Positions 32,791 to 45,672 of a DNA stretch of 64,000 nt are shown here, piece after piece. Source of the stretch: the human T2T-CHM13v2.0 reference genome, Homo sapiens; assembly GCF_009914755.1 (NCBI RefSeq), contig NC_060927.1, one strand, 5' to 3'. How positions within the stretch are numbered: the first letter of the stretch is position 1; every line of letters begins with the position of its first letter. The position numbers and the translations under genes were made by a program. The notes beneath the pieces are model-generated. The model saw only the letters and a list, made by a program, of their open reading frames with translations, was not told the DNA's origin and did no database searches.

Positions 32791-34394
32791 AAATGGTGTC
32801 CCTTGAAATCAAGAATTGAGGCTGAATTTGAAGATCTTCAGAATACTCCCCAGAGAACGTAAATGTAAAGAAAGACCAGGGAACTTTTGCTATGCATATG
32901 GGAAAGGTAGAGTACTAGAAATAGCAAATGAGAGAAGAAAAAGTCAGTACTCCATACCAAGCAATTAAAGCCATCAATGGACCATAGAGAAAAGAATACA
33001 CTGAAATGAGAAGGGGAATAAATTGAATGTTTATTGAACGTAGGTCTCAAAGCCTTGCATTTAGATTTACAGAAGCACTTTTACTTAATCCTTACAATAA
33101 TGTATTTAATAACTATTACTATCCACTAAGTCATGATAGTCAATCTCACTCCAAAATCCATTCTTTTATCAGACAATGTAAAGAGAGAGAAGGTATCATA
33201 AAGTCCCTAATCATGAGCTGTGTACTACATCCAGACTATCAGGAGAAACCCTTGAAGAATTTGCAAAAGAGCATCAGGACAAGAAAGATCTAACTGCAGG
33301 GCTGCCAGCTCTATAAATTTCAATTGTTTGAAGCAAGGAAGGAAATATCAATTGCCTTAGTCCCTCTATAAATAACATGATTAAGATAAGACTTTATAGT
33401 ATTCCACAAGACAGAGAAAATAATATTATCCTACCAGATTACCAAGTAGATTTCATGTTCCAGAAACCCATTATGAGATGTCCTGCCAAGTGACAAAATT
33501 AGAACCCAGGTTCCCAAAGAAAGGTGAGGTGGTGAAAACTTTGAAACTATGACTAATTTCAAAGAAAATAATGATGAGGATAATATGCTGCACCTTGGCT
33601 TGGTTTGGTTTTACATTTAACTTACTTCAACAAAGTATCGGGTTTGAACCACAAAGGAAGCCTTAATTTTTAAATTTAAGTAGACTGCATAATATGGATA
33701 AACATCTTGGCTTTTTGCTTTGTTTTATTTTGCTTTTGTTTTTCAGTCAAAGGTATGCTGCTGACATTTACAAATAAATTTACAAATACACATCTTTGAT
33801 GTGTTGGATTATTTAGAAGTTCAGAGGTGACTGTTTACTTTGTTTATACTTTTTATTGTTACTGAAGTTTTTTTAATTTAATTTTACTATTTTCCATCAG
33901 TGGGAAAAACATACATATAAATGAGTGAAATCAAGGTCTAAACATCTCTGGTAAAATATCTTCAAAGATGCTAGAGTAGAGTGAAGCTCCAGTGTTTTAT
34001 GTGTAACTGTATCCAATAGCACTATGGATTATCTCAACAAGCACAAAGTACAAAAGGGAAGTAATTTCCTTTCATACACTACCTCTGGGAAATTTCTCTG
34101 GATGGTTTGTGTGTATGTTTTAATTTGGCAATAAATTTCCTGTTGGCATAATTCTCATCATCTTAATTCACTTTGTAGAGGGCCTAGCCCCACCTAATAT
34201 ATATATATAGTGAATTTATTTAAAAAAAAAGTATTACCTGGGTTTCTATTAACAACAACAACAACAACAAAAGGTTTATTGAGTTGAACTATATAAAATC
34301 ACTGATATTGAGCTACTTTTGTTTAAAAATTACATTTTCATATGCTTCAGCCTAACATACTCATGGTACTTTTAGTGGTATAAGAATAAATGAT

Positions 34395-34678
34395 GGCCAG
34401 GTGTGGTGGCTCACAACTGTAATCCCAGCACTTTGGGAGGCTGAGGCAGGTGGATCATTTGAAGTAGTCAGGAGTTCGAGACCAGTCCAGCCAACATGGC
34501 GAAACCCCATCTCTACTAAAAATACAAAAATTAGTCAGGCAGTGGTGGCACACGCCATAATCCCAGCTACTTGGGAGGCTGAGGAAAGGAAATCACTTGA
34601 ACCTGGGAGGCAGAGGTTGTGGTGAGCCAAGATCGCACCACTGCACTCCAGTCTGGGCAACAGAGCAAGACACTGTCT

Positions 34679-34729
<51 letters not shown>
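34395..34729 (+). mobile_element. AluS whose tail is an (AC)24 microsatellite (34682-34729)
   Basis: Full dimer followed directly by a pure AC run. Confidence 0.95.
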
Positions 34730-34731
<2 letters not shown>

Positions 34732-37596
34732 TGTCCCCATTAACATCTCTACAGCCTTTTAAGACTTTGAAGTATATTCTTGATTATAAAAGATAAAACA
34801 CAAATATAACATGAGATATCATTATCTAAAATTTTTGGACTCAGTAATAATGTTATTATGAATATACCTCACATTTGGAGGAGCCACTATGGGGTAAGGA
34901 TAGGTTTAAAAAAAGAACTGGTTTGTCCTATAAAGTCATTACAACACTTTTATATTTTTATCCTTTGATTTACCATTATTTGTACTTTGTGATAAACTTC
35001 TATAGAATTATCTAGCATAGAAATTAGCTGATGATTGACTGAATTCATCAATTCAGATCAGTCATTTTCCATCAATATTACATCCTGAGGAGGGTTAAAT
35101 TCAATTTCTCAATTTGACCATCCATATCAGTTCTATAATCTTACCAAAAATACCATTGTTATGTTCATAGTAGGGCAGTAGATATAACTTGCGAAATAAG
35201 AGTCAAAAGATACTGGCTCATTACTAGAGTTTCACTCAGTCATTAACAATTAGTCCAGTCCACCATCATATTGTAGGACCAAAGTGACCCACAGTGATGC
35301 CACTCAGGTTTGCAGCCTTCCATTCAACCTTGCCAGGTCCCAAAAGCAATTTTACCATCATCTGGTATAATTGAGCTAATAGAGAGTATCAGTTCTTTTA
35401 CTGAACCTCCCTCAAGGCAGTAATGTAATATTTGACTTATCTCATTGCATAATATATCCACTCATTCCCTTACTCAGCTACTGTTACTCCCTAGCTCTAT
35501 TAACTGTTTAGTTTTGTCCAAACTTTTTCACTTTTGGAAGAGACATGAGATTTGGCCACTGTGCAGGTCCATATTGCTAACAGCAATAGTAGTCTAGCAA
35601 GTGTTTCCCCCATTCCAGCCCCCTACCATCCTCTCTTATTTATTTAGGGTGGGATTACAAAGTCACGTAACTAGCAGGTTATCTCAAACACTAGGCAATA
35701 CAGCTACATTTTTTACTGACCCTAATTTTGCTCAATAGGGTAAAGGTACGGCCCACCCCATTAGGGCCTTAGGAATTGTGACATAAAGGCGTAAAGGTAT
35801 AGTTAGTCTTTTGTTTAGAGATCTTTCCCACTTCTGGCACTCATAGTCCCAGGTCTGTATCAGGTAGGAAAAAGGAAAGTTGGAGTAATGGTGGGGAGGT
35901 TGGGGTGGGGTCGGAAATAGCGTAGTCACACCAGCATCCTCTCTCATATATTTCTCCCCAAATTCCCCAGAAAAGTAGAATTTATCTAGTGGAAACCCTC
36001 TCTTGGACCTCTTCATGTTAAGTGTGAAAACACATTCATGAAGATGTGTAAACCAACCTTTCTTGCTTTTACCTACTCCATTTTAGCAACAAATTGTCCA
36101 ACTGCCTATTCTAATTCCCTATTAAACTGCTACTCAGAAGATTATATCTCTCGGCCTATTGTTGGACATTATGAGCTGTAAAATGTGTTCCTTGGTCTGA
36201 AGAAATGTAACTTAGCAGTCCAAATTGGTGCAGTATCTTCTGTTCCAGTCCTTTTATAGTATTTTGAGCATTTGCACCTACCACTGAGCATGCAAAGCCT
36301 AGCCAGAGTGTCTATTCCTGTCAGGGCTCATTTGTAGTCTCCAGGGGCTACCAGCATCAGTCCTACTTGCCAGCTATGTGCAGGAGCTTCCCCCTGGGGA
36401 CTCTGACCCAAAGCTGTTAACAGTCTCTGTCTTTCTTGTTGGCAGACTGGACAGTTCTTATTGTCAATTTCTTCCTCAGAGTATATAAAAGGAATATGTC
36501 TAAGATTTGGCAGATCTCTGCATTGCTGCAGCTCCACTGTCCACACATTTCATGGATCCAGGTGGCCTCCTCGAGCAAGTATACCAGGATATCTATTTGC
36601 CACTTCCAATCACCTTCTGATCCTGGTGGGGTCTTCAGATTGGCATCAGCATATCCCACTATAACACAACCCTCAAATTCCCATGGTGATTTCCTTAGGG
36701 CTATGCTCCATATGTGTATCCCTTTAATAGGCTAGTTTTCTATTGCCTCTATGCCTAACCCTATGGCCAGGATATTGGCCATCACATATGACTCAGTAAA
36801 AACTCAAATATAGAGACAAATAGCATGCAATTCTGCCTGACGGCCTAAGTTATTTTTACCTCTTTCAACTAGAATATCAGCCTTCCAAATAAAGTGTTAT
36901 CCACTCACATTGGAACTGCCAACTATAAACCAAGGGGCTCTTTGTTGATCAATCAAGAGCTGTTAATAGGCACCATCTAAGTGGCAATAGGATTTGGCAG
37001 GTCTTCAGGTGGTTTCAAAGTCAGCTCTAGGAGGAAAAATATTCATGGCACCTCCTCGAATTCCCCCACTAGTAGCATGTTCCCGTATAAACCATTTTCA
37101 TTTTATTACAGAATTTTTCTGGGCATTGTCTTCTCCATCAGAATGTTTCTTTGACATCACTAAAGACATATGGGTATTTCAGGTTACAAGATTATTTTTT
37201 GCTTTGCAGACATAGGAGGTTTTCATTCAATTTCCCAATTTGACCATCAGTATAGGGCTGTATTAAATGGCACACAATAGCAACATAGCTGTCTCTCAGT
37301 GGATATTTTTCAGGTCCAAAATCTCAGTGGTCATTACTAGGAAGCACTTACAGTCTTTTGCCATAAGCCCCAATATGTGTTTCACACAGGCTTATTGTAC
37401 TGAGAATGTATCCATACCAGCACTCCAGTTTCCGGTCTATATTTCAAATTAACCATTTTTCTGGGTTCCCGCAAACTTATTGTTCCTATTTGGTATGTCC
37501 AATCAATATAGGAAAATGGGCAGATTGATATACCTTCTGTTTTACAGAAAGTAAGAGAAATATTCCCCAGTCATACAGAATATCCATCTTTAATAA

Positions 37597-38434
<838 letters not shown>

Positions 38435-38893
38435 TAGTTTATTAATCATTGCATTGCTATATCTTCCCAATCTAACTGTAGGCCGGGTAAGCACTTCAAC
38501 AATAGGCTTTTGGCCTGTAGTACATGGAGCTTCTATGTCAAGGAATCCTAGACATGTTTCTTTTCTACCCCCTGGCCATTTTACTCACTCAAGTGCATAT
38601 GGCCTTTGTTCCCCAGCTGGGGATTGGGCTAAGGAATCCAGGCCTTCTCAATAGTCTTTATCTTGCTTAGATTGTAGAACCATCATTACAGGCAATTGAA
38701 GGTTAGCTTTCTCATTGTCATTATTTTCTTGTGGCTTTTCATACTACTCTAAACTAGGGTGAACAAAGCAAATTTATTTATGGTCCTTCAATGTTGGGGA
38801 CCCATAGGGGTTCCCACTGGTCCACTCTACTTCCAAGAGTGTTGCATTAAGACTTTTATCTTCATCCTATCAATGTCTGATTTATTCATCTAA

Positions 38894-39223
<330 letters not shown>

Positions 39224-39236
39224 TATTTAAAGATTC

Positions 39237-39530
39237 AACCATCATTCTCAGCAAACTAACACAGGAACAGAAAACCAAACACCACATGTTCTCACTCATA
39301 AGTGGGAGTTGAACAATGAGCACACATGGACACAGGGAGGGGAACATCACACACTGGGGCCTGTCAGGAGGTTGGGGGCTAGGGGAGGGATAGCATTAGG
39401 AGAAATACCTAATGTAGATGATGGGTTGATGGGTGAAGCAAACCACCATGGCAAGTGTATGCCTATGTAACAAACCTGCACGTTCTGCACATGTATCCCA
39501 GAACTTAAAGTATAATTTAAAAAAAAAATA
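39237..39530 (+). mobile_element. L1PA (about L1PA7) 3' end
   Basis: 'cattctcagcaaactaacacaggaacag...gtatcccagaacttaaagtataa' plus A tail. Confidence 0.95.
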
Positions 39531-40137
39531 AAATTTCTACCTAGCTGGAATGAGTCCCTTGTCTCTTACCCCTTTGTTTTGCTCATTCTCTTAAAAATCA
39601 TTCCGATCTTCTTTGTTATCTGTTGTTTCAGCATAATTATTTTCCTTTGAAAGTAGCTCTGAGGTTATTGGCTGTAGGTTAGACCAGCCAGAATCTAAGC
39701 ATAAGGATCTGCCCTAACATTCTCCTTCACTTTTATTTTTATTTTTTCCTGTTAGTAGGGGCTCTGCAGCCAGAGACTGTAATTTGGGCCAGCCAGAATC
39801 TAAGTTTGGCCCAGTGTCAGGACCCACTTCAAACATTCTCCCTTACTTTTGTTTTCACTATTACTGATAGTCATGACCAGGGGATGGTATAGTTGTTGTT
39901 TTTTTCTACTTTGAATTTCCTTATGTATGCAGTGAACCAACTGTCTGGGAGTTGGAGCTATTATTTCAAAATTCCATTAATAAGTTTTGTCTCCAATAAT
40001 GAACTGAGGTACATAAGTAGTTTCATACCGTAGCTGACCCTGTAGTCATCCAAGAATCAAAAGTTTGTTATCATTTGCCCTTTCATTCTTTCTCTTCCCA
40101 AACTACATATTTCAGTGACTCAGGATTTTTCTAGTGA

Positions 40138-40158
40138 ATCTCACTTCTTCTGACACCA
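40138..40158 (-). promoter_or_regulatory. Retroviral primer-binding site, tRNA-Leu type
   Basis: Minus strand TGGTGTCAGAAG(AAG)TGAGAT versus the ERVL Leu PBS TGGTGTCAGAAGTGGGAT; abuts the LTR. Confidence 0.75.
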
Positions 40159-40159
40159 A

Positions 40160-40850
40160 TATCTATATTGAGCCAAACTTCAAGTTTTGAGGACACAGTT
40201 CGCTAGACTGACAATTGTATGTAAGACTTCTGACACAAGGTACAAGTTCAGGAGTTTCCCAAAACCACCACCAGTTTTGATAATTTACTAGAAGGACACA
40301 TAGGACTCACTGAGAGCTATTATGCATACAGTTATGGCTTGAAACTGGAAAGGGATGTATTAAGATCAAACAAGGGAAGAGACACACACAGAGCACAGTC
40401 TAGAGAGTTCTAAACACAAGACTTCCATTGCCCTAAGGAAAAATTACCCTCCTGGTATCAGTGTGTGACAATATGCTTAGAGAATTGACAACCAAGAAAG
40501 CCCACCTGCACTTCAATGCCCAGACTCTTTATTGGAGTTTCATGACTTGGGTATGATTGACTGATTAATTGGTTGCCCACACGGTTGCTCTCAGTCTCTA
40601 TCCTCCTACTTCTCAGAGCTCAGGCTGATATCACATGGCCCAAGAGGCCCACCATGGGTCACCTCATTAGCCTAAGCTAACAGGTGTGGTCAGAAGTATC
40701 CACCAGGAGTCACCTTGTTAGCATAAACTAGCAGATGTAGTTTACAAGGCTCCCATGAATAACAAAGACACTCCTATCACTGGGGATATTCCTAAGAGTT
40801 TAGAGATTATTTTCCAAGGGCCAGGGCCAGAACAAATTCTTTACTAAAAA
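40160..40850 (-). mobile_element. MER21/MER77-group ERVL LTR (5' LTR of the relic provirus)
   Basis: 'gataatttactagaaggac','ttagcataaact','aacaaagacactcctatcac','aattctttacta'. Confidence 0.75.
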
Positions 40851-41024
40851 ATATACAATTTTAAAATAGATAATCTATTGAATTTCACCTATGAAATTGT
40901 GTTTTTATGAAATTTTTGCTTTTCTTTAGCCCTCTAGGGTACATGAATGCAGTTTCCAATTGGGTGTGAGATACACTGCTAGTTGACCATGCAATATCCA
41001 TTCAACCTTTCATCCTTATGAACA

Positions 41025-41560
41025 GAAGAGAAAATGGAGAAATTAACACAGAAAAGAAAAATGCATAGAAAGAATCAACAAAGCCAAAAACATATTACTA
41101 TTTTTTTGGGAAAACTAGCAACTTTAACAAAGAAGAAAGAGAAAGAGAAGGAGGAGAAGGAAAGGGAGATCGAGGAGGTAGTGAGAAAAAGAGGTAGGGA
41201 AGCTTAAATAATTAACTTTAACAACAAAAGAGACATAACGGATGCAGAAATTTTTAAAGATAATATAAAGATGTTATGAAGAGCTTTATGCCAGTAAATT
41301 TGAAAACTTACATAAATTGGTCAAATTCCTGGGAACTGAATTAAAAAAGAAAGAAAATACCATAGTCCCATAACCATTAAAGTGTTTGAATCCCTAGTGA
41401 AAAATCTTCTGACAAAACAAAAACAAAACTAAAACAAATTCAGATATGGCTTTTCCAGCAAGTTCTACCAAACACTTTAAAAAAAGAATGAAAAAAAGAA
41501 AACCTACAATCTTAGACACACTGTGTCAAAGTATATAGAAAAGAAGGAAACATTTCAGTA
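41025..41560 (+). mobile_element. Old L1M ORF2 fragment
   Basis: 'aatcaacaaagccaaaa','ctttatgccagtaaatttgaaaactta','ttctaccaaacac'. Confidence 0.65.
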
Positions 41561-42766
41561 AGGACAGCATGGGTTCAAGGAGACAGGAATTTAGCTCCAC
41601 CTCTTGTGCAAAGAACAGTAAAAAATCCGTAGTTCATCTTTAATCTACCACAAAGTGGTTTTCTAAAGCATTGTTACAAGAAGGAGAGTCTTACTGGATC
41701 CTTTCACCTCTAAGAAAAAAAAAAAAAAAAGAGCAAAGTAGAAGTATGCTTATATACAGCAGTAGAAATTTAAACTTATGTATAATTTATTAATGGTGTT
41801 CTAAAATGAAATATTCAAACAATGAAATGACTAATATATAGATTATGGAGGGTAAGGGGCCAAACTACACATATATTGGAGGGAATTCACTCTCATTCTA
41901 CATGTCTTAACTTGTACTGTCGTCATATGGATTCTTTCTGTGCTTTGCAATCTTTGCCTTTGCTAAGTTAGCAAATTCTTTTTAGGAAAAAAATGTGTGT
42001 ATTTCCACATAAGAATACTTTTTATGTAAGTCTTTAACACATTTACATAGGTTTTTATTTTCTGTTTTAGAGATTGTTTTACACACAATAGACATTCAGT
42101 ATTTGTTGAAATTAATGAAAGAATAGAGAAACATGAAAAGGGTCTGAGAAGACAATAATCTGCTTTGTAATTTATAGACAGCAATTAGGTCAAACAATTA
42201 TAATAATGATGATGACAAAGAACAATATCTGAGGTACACGCAAAACCTGATGAGGGTTATTTGCCAGTTTTCCTGGCTATTTCTACACCCCTTGATCTCT
42301 AGTGAATGTTTCTACTTATAACTACACATTCTGTAAGCTTCACCTGCTGTATTTCAATCAACACTGTAAAAAATGAGGAGAGTCTTCTTGCTTCAAATTT
42401 GGTTTTTAGTTAATTACGTGATGTGTATATGATTTTCGTTACCTTTTCTGTATAGAAATCAGGAGAATCGAAAGTATGTTGATGGTGGAATTGTGGTATG
42501 ACATTTTTACTGACTACTACTCATAAAAGTTTTATCTATGATCTCTATGGGTCGTTCCTGGCTTTTGAAAATTTATTTCAAGGAAGAGTTTTTGGAAATG
42601 AATTATAAGTATACAGTGTGCAATCTTATGTATTTGCAACTGTCTAAAATGTTATGATACCTTCCTTCCTCCTTGCAATCTGGCATTCATCCATTCAAGA
42701 CATTTTAATTGAACTCTTACAATATTCTTAATACTATGATAAGCCTTGAAGGTAAACTGTGACTAA

Positions 42767-42926
42767 AAATGTTGCCAGATAAAATACAGGATTCCCAGTT
42801 AAATTTGAATTTTAGATAAACAGCATTCTTGTACTAAAAATTATTCTATGTTTATCTGAAATTCAAATTTAGCTGAGTGTCCTGTAATTTTTTGTTTACT
42901 TGTTTGTGATAAATACGGCAGCCCTA
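42767..42926. mobile_element. MER53 palindromic MITE (centre deleted) inside an L2 fragment
   Basis: 'gttgccagataaaatacagg...aaatttgaattttagataaac' and its inverted copy 'gtttatctgaaattcaaattt...tcctgta...ggcagcccta'. Confidence 0.8.
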
Positions 42927-44113
42927 GTAAATACAGCCCCGATTTACTCTAACTTACTTTCCAGTTGGCAAGGAAGGCACTAATCAAATAATCCTCCAGA
43001 TAAATGAAAAATTGCAACTGAGATAAGTATGAACAAGAATAAATTCAAAGCTGAAGAAGAAAAAAATAATTGGGAGATAAACCTGGTCAGAAAGGGGACT
43101 TCAAAGGAGACTTCTCTGTGGAAGGGTCGATGGATCCCAAATACAGCCGGGAAGGAAAGAGATGCTCTAGCACTTTTTCTTTAAATGACAGTTTTATATT
43201 CAACTTTAATGTTACAAGCAGTAGAAAGCCTAGCTGCTCACAAAGACGCAGAAAACATTCAAAGCCTTGTTTCAGGACCCACCCGCAGTCTTTCCAATTT
43301 GCCATCTGACTCATAATGAAGCCAGAGGCTGCAAGTTTTAGATGTATGCAAAAGTGGTACATTTCAATATTCAATTCCAATTAATGTGGACATTTTCTGG
43401 GGTCGGAGAAGGAAAGGTTATTTGTCCTATTAGGCCTCTGGCCCTTGCGCCTACCAGAAATGAGAGGAACCATGCCTGTTTTTAAATAGCAGGGAAAACT
43501 TTTTCAGCACAGGCTGGTGGGAAAGACGCAAATCTCTCTACTCACCTGGGAGTTGTCAGACAGGAGTGCTGAAAGTGACTACACCCTGCAGTGCCTCTGG
43601 CAGGATTAGGGCTCTCGAACTTTCCCAGTGGCCCAGCTTGTGATTCCTTCTTGCTTTCCAAATTTCCATATGCATGCAATATTTAAAAATGGTCTTGGAC
43701 AGTTTGTATTAATTACTTAGCTTTTGAATATGCTCATTGTTTAACATCATTATAATAATAGTCCTACCTCAGGTTTATATGTTTATGCCCATATATTTGG
43801 GTTCCTTTAATTATCTTATTCATCTTTATGATGTCTGCAAAATAAAAGGGGAATGAGTGTTATTATACCAATTTTTATGGACACGGGAACCTGAGCATAG
43901 TCTCTACATGAGTTGCCAAAGTCATTTTTCTGACACAATCCACAACTGGACTGACTGCTTATCTAGACTCTTAGCTTTGTCTGGAGCTGTATCAAGTTAG
44001 TTAAAGGTGCAAAGTCCAAGTTTATTGACTGAAAAAAAAAACAAAAACAAAAATAAAAAAATCTTTAAAAGATAGCACTGACTGGCCGCGGTGGCTCACG
44101 CTTGTAATCCCAG

Positions 44114-45672
44114 TGAGAGGTGACAGCGTGCTGGCAGTTCTCACAGCCCTCACTCGCTCTCGGCGCCTCCTCTGCTTGGGCTCCCACTTTGGCGGCACTT
44201 GAGGAGCCCTTCAGCCCACCGCTGCACTGTGGGAGCCCCTTTCTAGGCTGGCCAAGGTCAGAGCCGGCTCCCTCAGCTTGCAGGGAGGTGTGGCGGGAGA
44301 GGCGCCAGCCGGAACCGGGGCTGCGCGCGGCGCTTGCGGGCCAGCTGGAGTTCCGGGTGGGCGTGGCCTTGGCGGGCCGCGCACTCTGAGCAGCCGGCCT
44401 GCCCTGCAGGCCACGGGCAATGAGGGGCTTAGCACCCGGGCCAGCGGCTGCGGAGGGTGTACTGGGTCACCCAGCAGTGCCAGCCCACCTGGCGCTGCGC
44501 TCAATTTCTCACTGGGCCTTAGCTGCCTTCCCGCGGGGCAGGACTCGGGACTTGCAGCCCGCCATGCCTGAGCCTCCCACCCCCTCCATGGGGCTCCTGG
44601 GCGGCCCGAGCCTCCCCGAGGAGCGCCACCCCCTGCTCCACGGCGCCCAGTCCCATCGACCACCCAAGGGCTGAGGAGTGCGGGCGCAAGGCACCTGGAC
44701 TGGCAGGCAGCTCCACCTGCAGCCCCGGTAAGGGATCCACTGGGTGAAGCCAGCTGGGCTCCTGAGTCTGGTGGGGACGTGGAGAACCTTTATGTCTAGC
44801 TCAGGGATTGTAAATACACCAGTCAGCACCCTGTGTCTAGCTCAAGGTTTGTGAATGCACCAGTTGACACTCTGTATCTAGCTACTTTGGGGCCTTGGAG
44901 AACCTTTATGTCTGGCTCAGGGATTGTAAATACACCAATCGGCACTCTGTATCTAGCTCAAGGTTTGTAAACACACCAATCAGCAGCCTGTGTCTAGCTC
45001 AGGGTTTGTGAATGCACCAATTGACACTCTGTATCTAGCTACTCTGGTGGGGCCTTGGAGAACACTTTGTGTCCACACTCTGTATCTAGTTAATCTAGTG
45101 GGGATGTGGAGAACCTTTGTGTCTAGCTCAGGGATTGTAAACGCACCAATCAGCGCCCTGTCAAAACAGACCACTCAGCTTGCTGTAAAATGGACCAATC
45201 AGCAGGAGGTGGGTGGGGCCAGATAAGAGAATAAAAGCAGGCTGCCCGAGCCAGCAGTGGCAACCCGCTAGGGTCCCCTTGCACCCTGTGGGAGCTTTTT
45301 CTTTAACTCTTTGCAATAAATCTTGCTACTACTCACTTTTTAGGTCCCCACTGCTTTTATGAGCTGTAACACTTGCCGCCAAGGTCTGCAGCTTCACTCC
45401 TGAAGCCAGCGGGACCACGAGCCCACTGGGAGGAACGAACAACTCCAGAGGCCCTGCTTTAAGAGCTGTAACACTCCCCGCCAAGGTCTGCAGCTTCACT
45501 CCTGAGCCAGCGAGACCATGAACCCACCAGAAGGAAGAAACTCCCAACACATCCGAGCATCAGAAGGAACAAACTCCAGACGCGCCACTTAAGAGCTGTA
45601 ACACTCACTGCGAGGGTCCGTGGCTTCATTTTTGAAGTCAGTGAGACCAAGAACCCACCAATTCCGGACACA
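44114..45672 (+). mobile_element. LTR12C (ERV9) solo LTR, full length
   Basis: Begins 'tgagaggtgacagcgtgctggcag', ends 'caattccggacaca'; CpG-rich U3, tandem enhancer repeats, U5 repeats; 4-bp TSD ccag/ccgg. Confidence 0.96.
44780..45260 (+). promoter_or_regulatory. LTR12C enhancer/promoter
   Basis: CCAAT at 44935, 44976, 45017, 45146, 45195; GT-box gggtgggg; AGATAA at 45221; TATA-like AATAAAA at 45230; AATAAA at 45315. Activity of this copy is not shown by the sequence. Confidence 0.7.

Noticed and set aside
40138-40158. tRNA-Leu gene fragment
   Set aside because: Only the ~18-nt 3' end including CCA is present next to an LTR, which fits a primer-binding site.
44120-44829. Overlapping 73-150 aa ORFs and CpG island as a host gene start
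   Set aside because: They lie wholly in the GC-rich U3 of LTR12C, where stop codons are scarce.
44780-45660. Regularly spaced repeats resembling a CRISPR-like array
   Set aside because: These are the known LTR12 U3 enhancer and U5 tandem repeats, without unique spacers.
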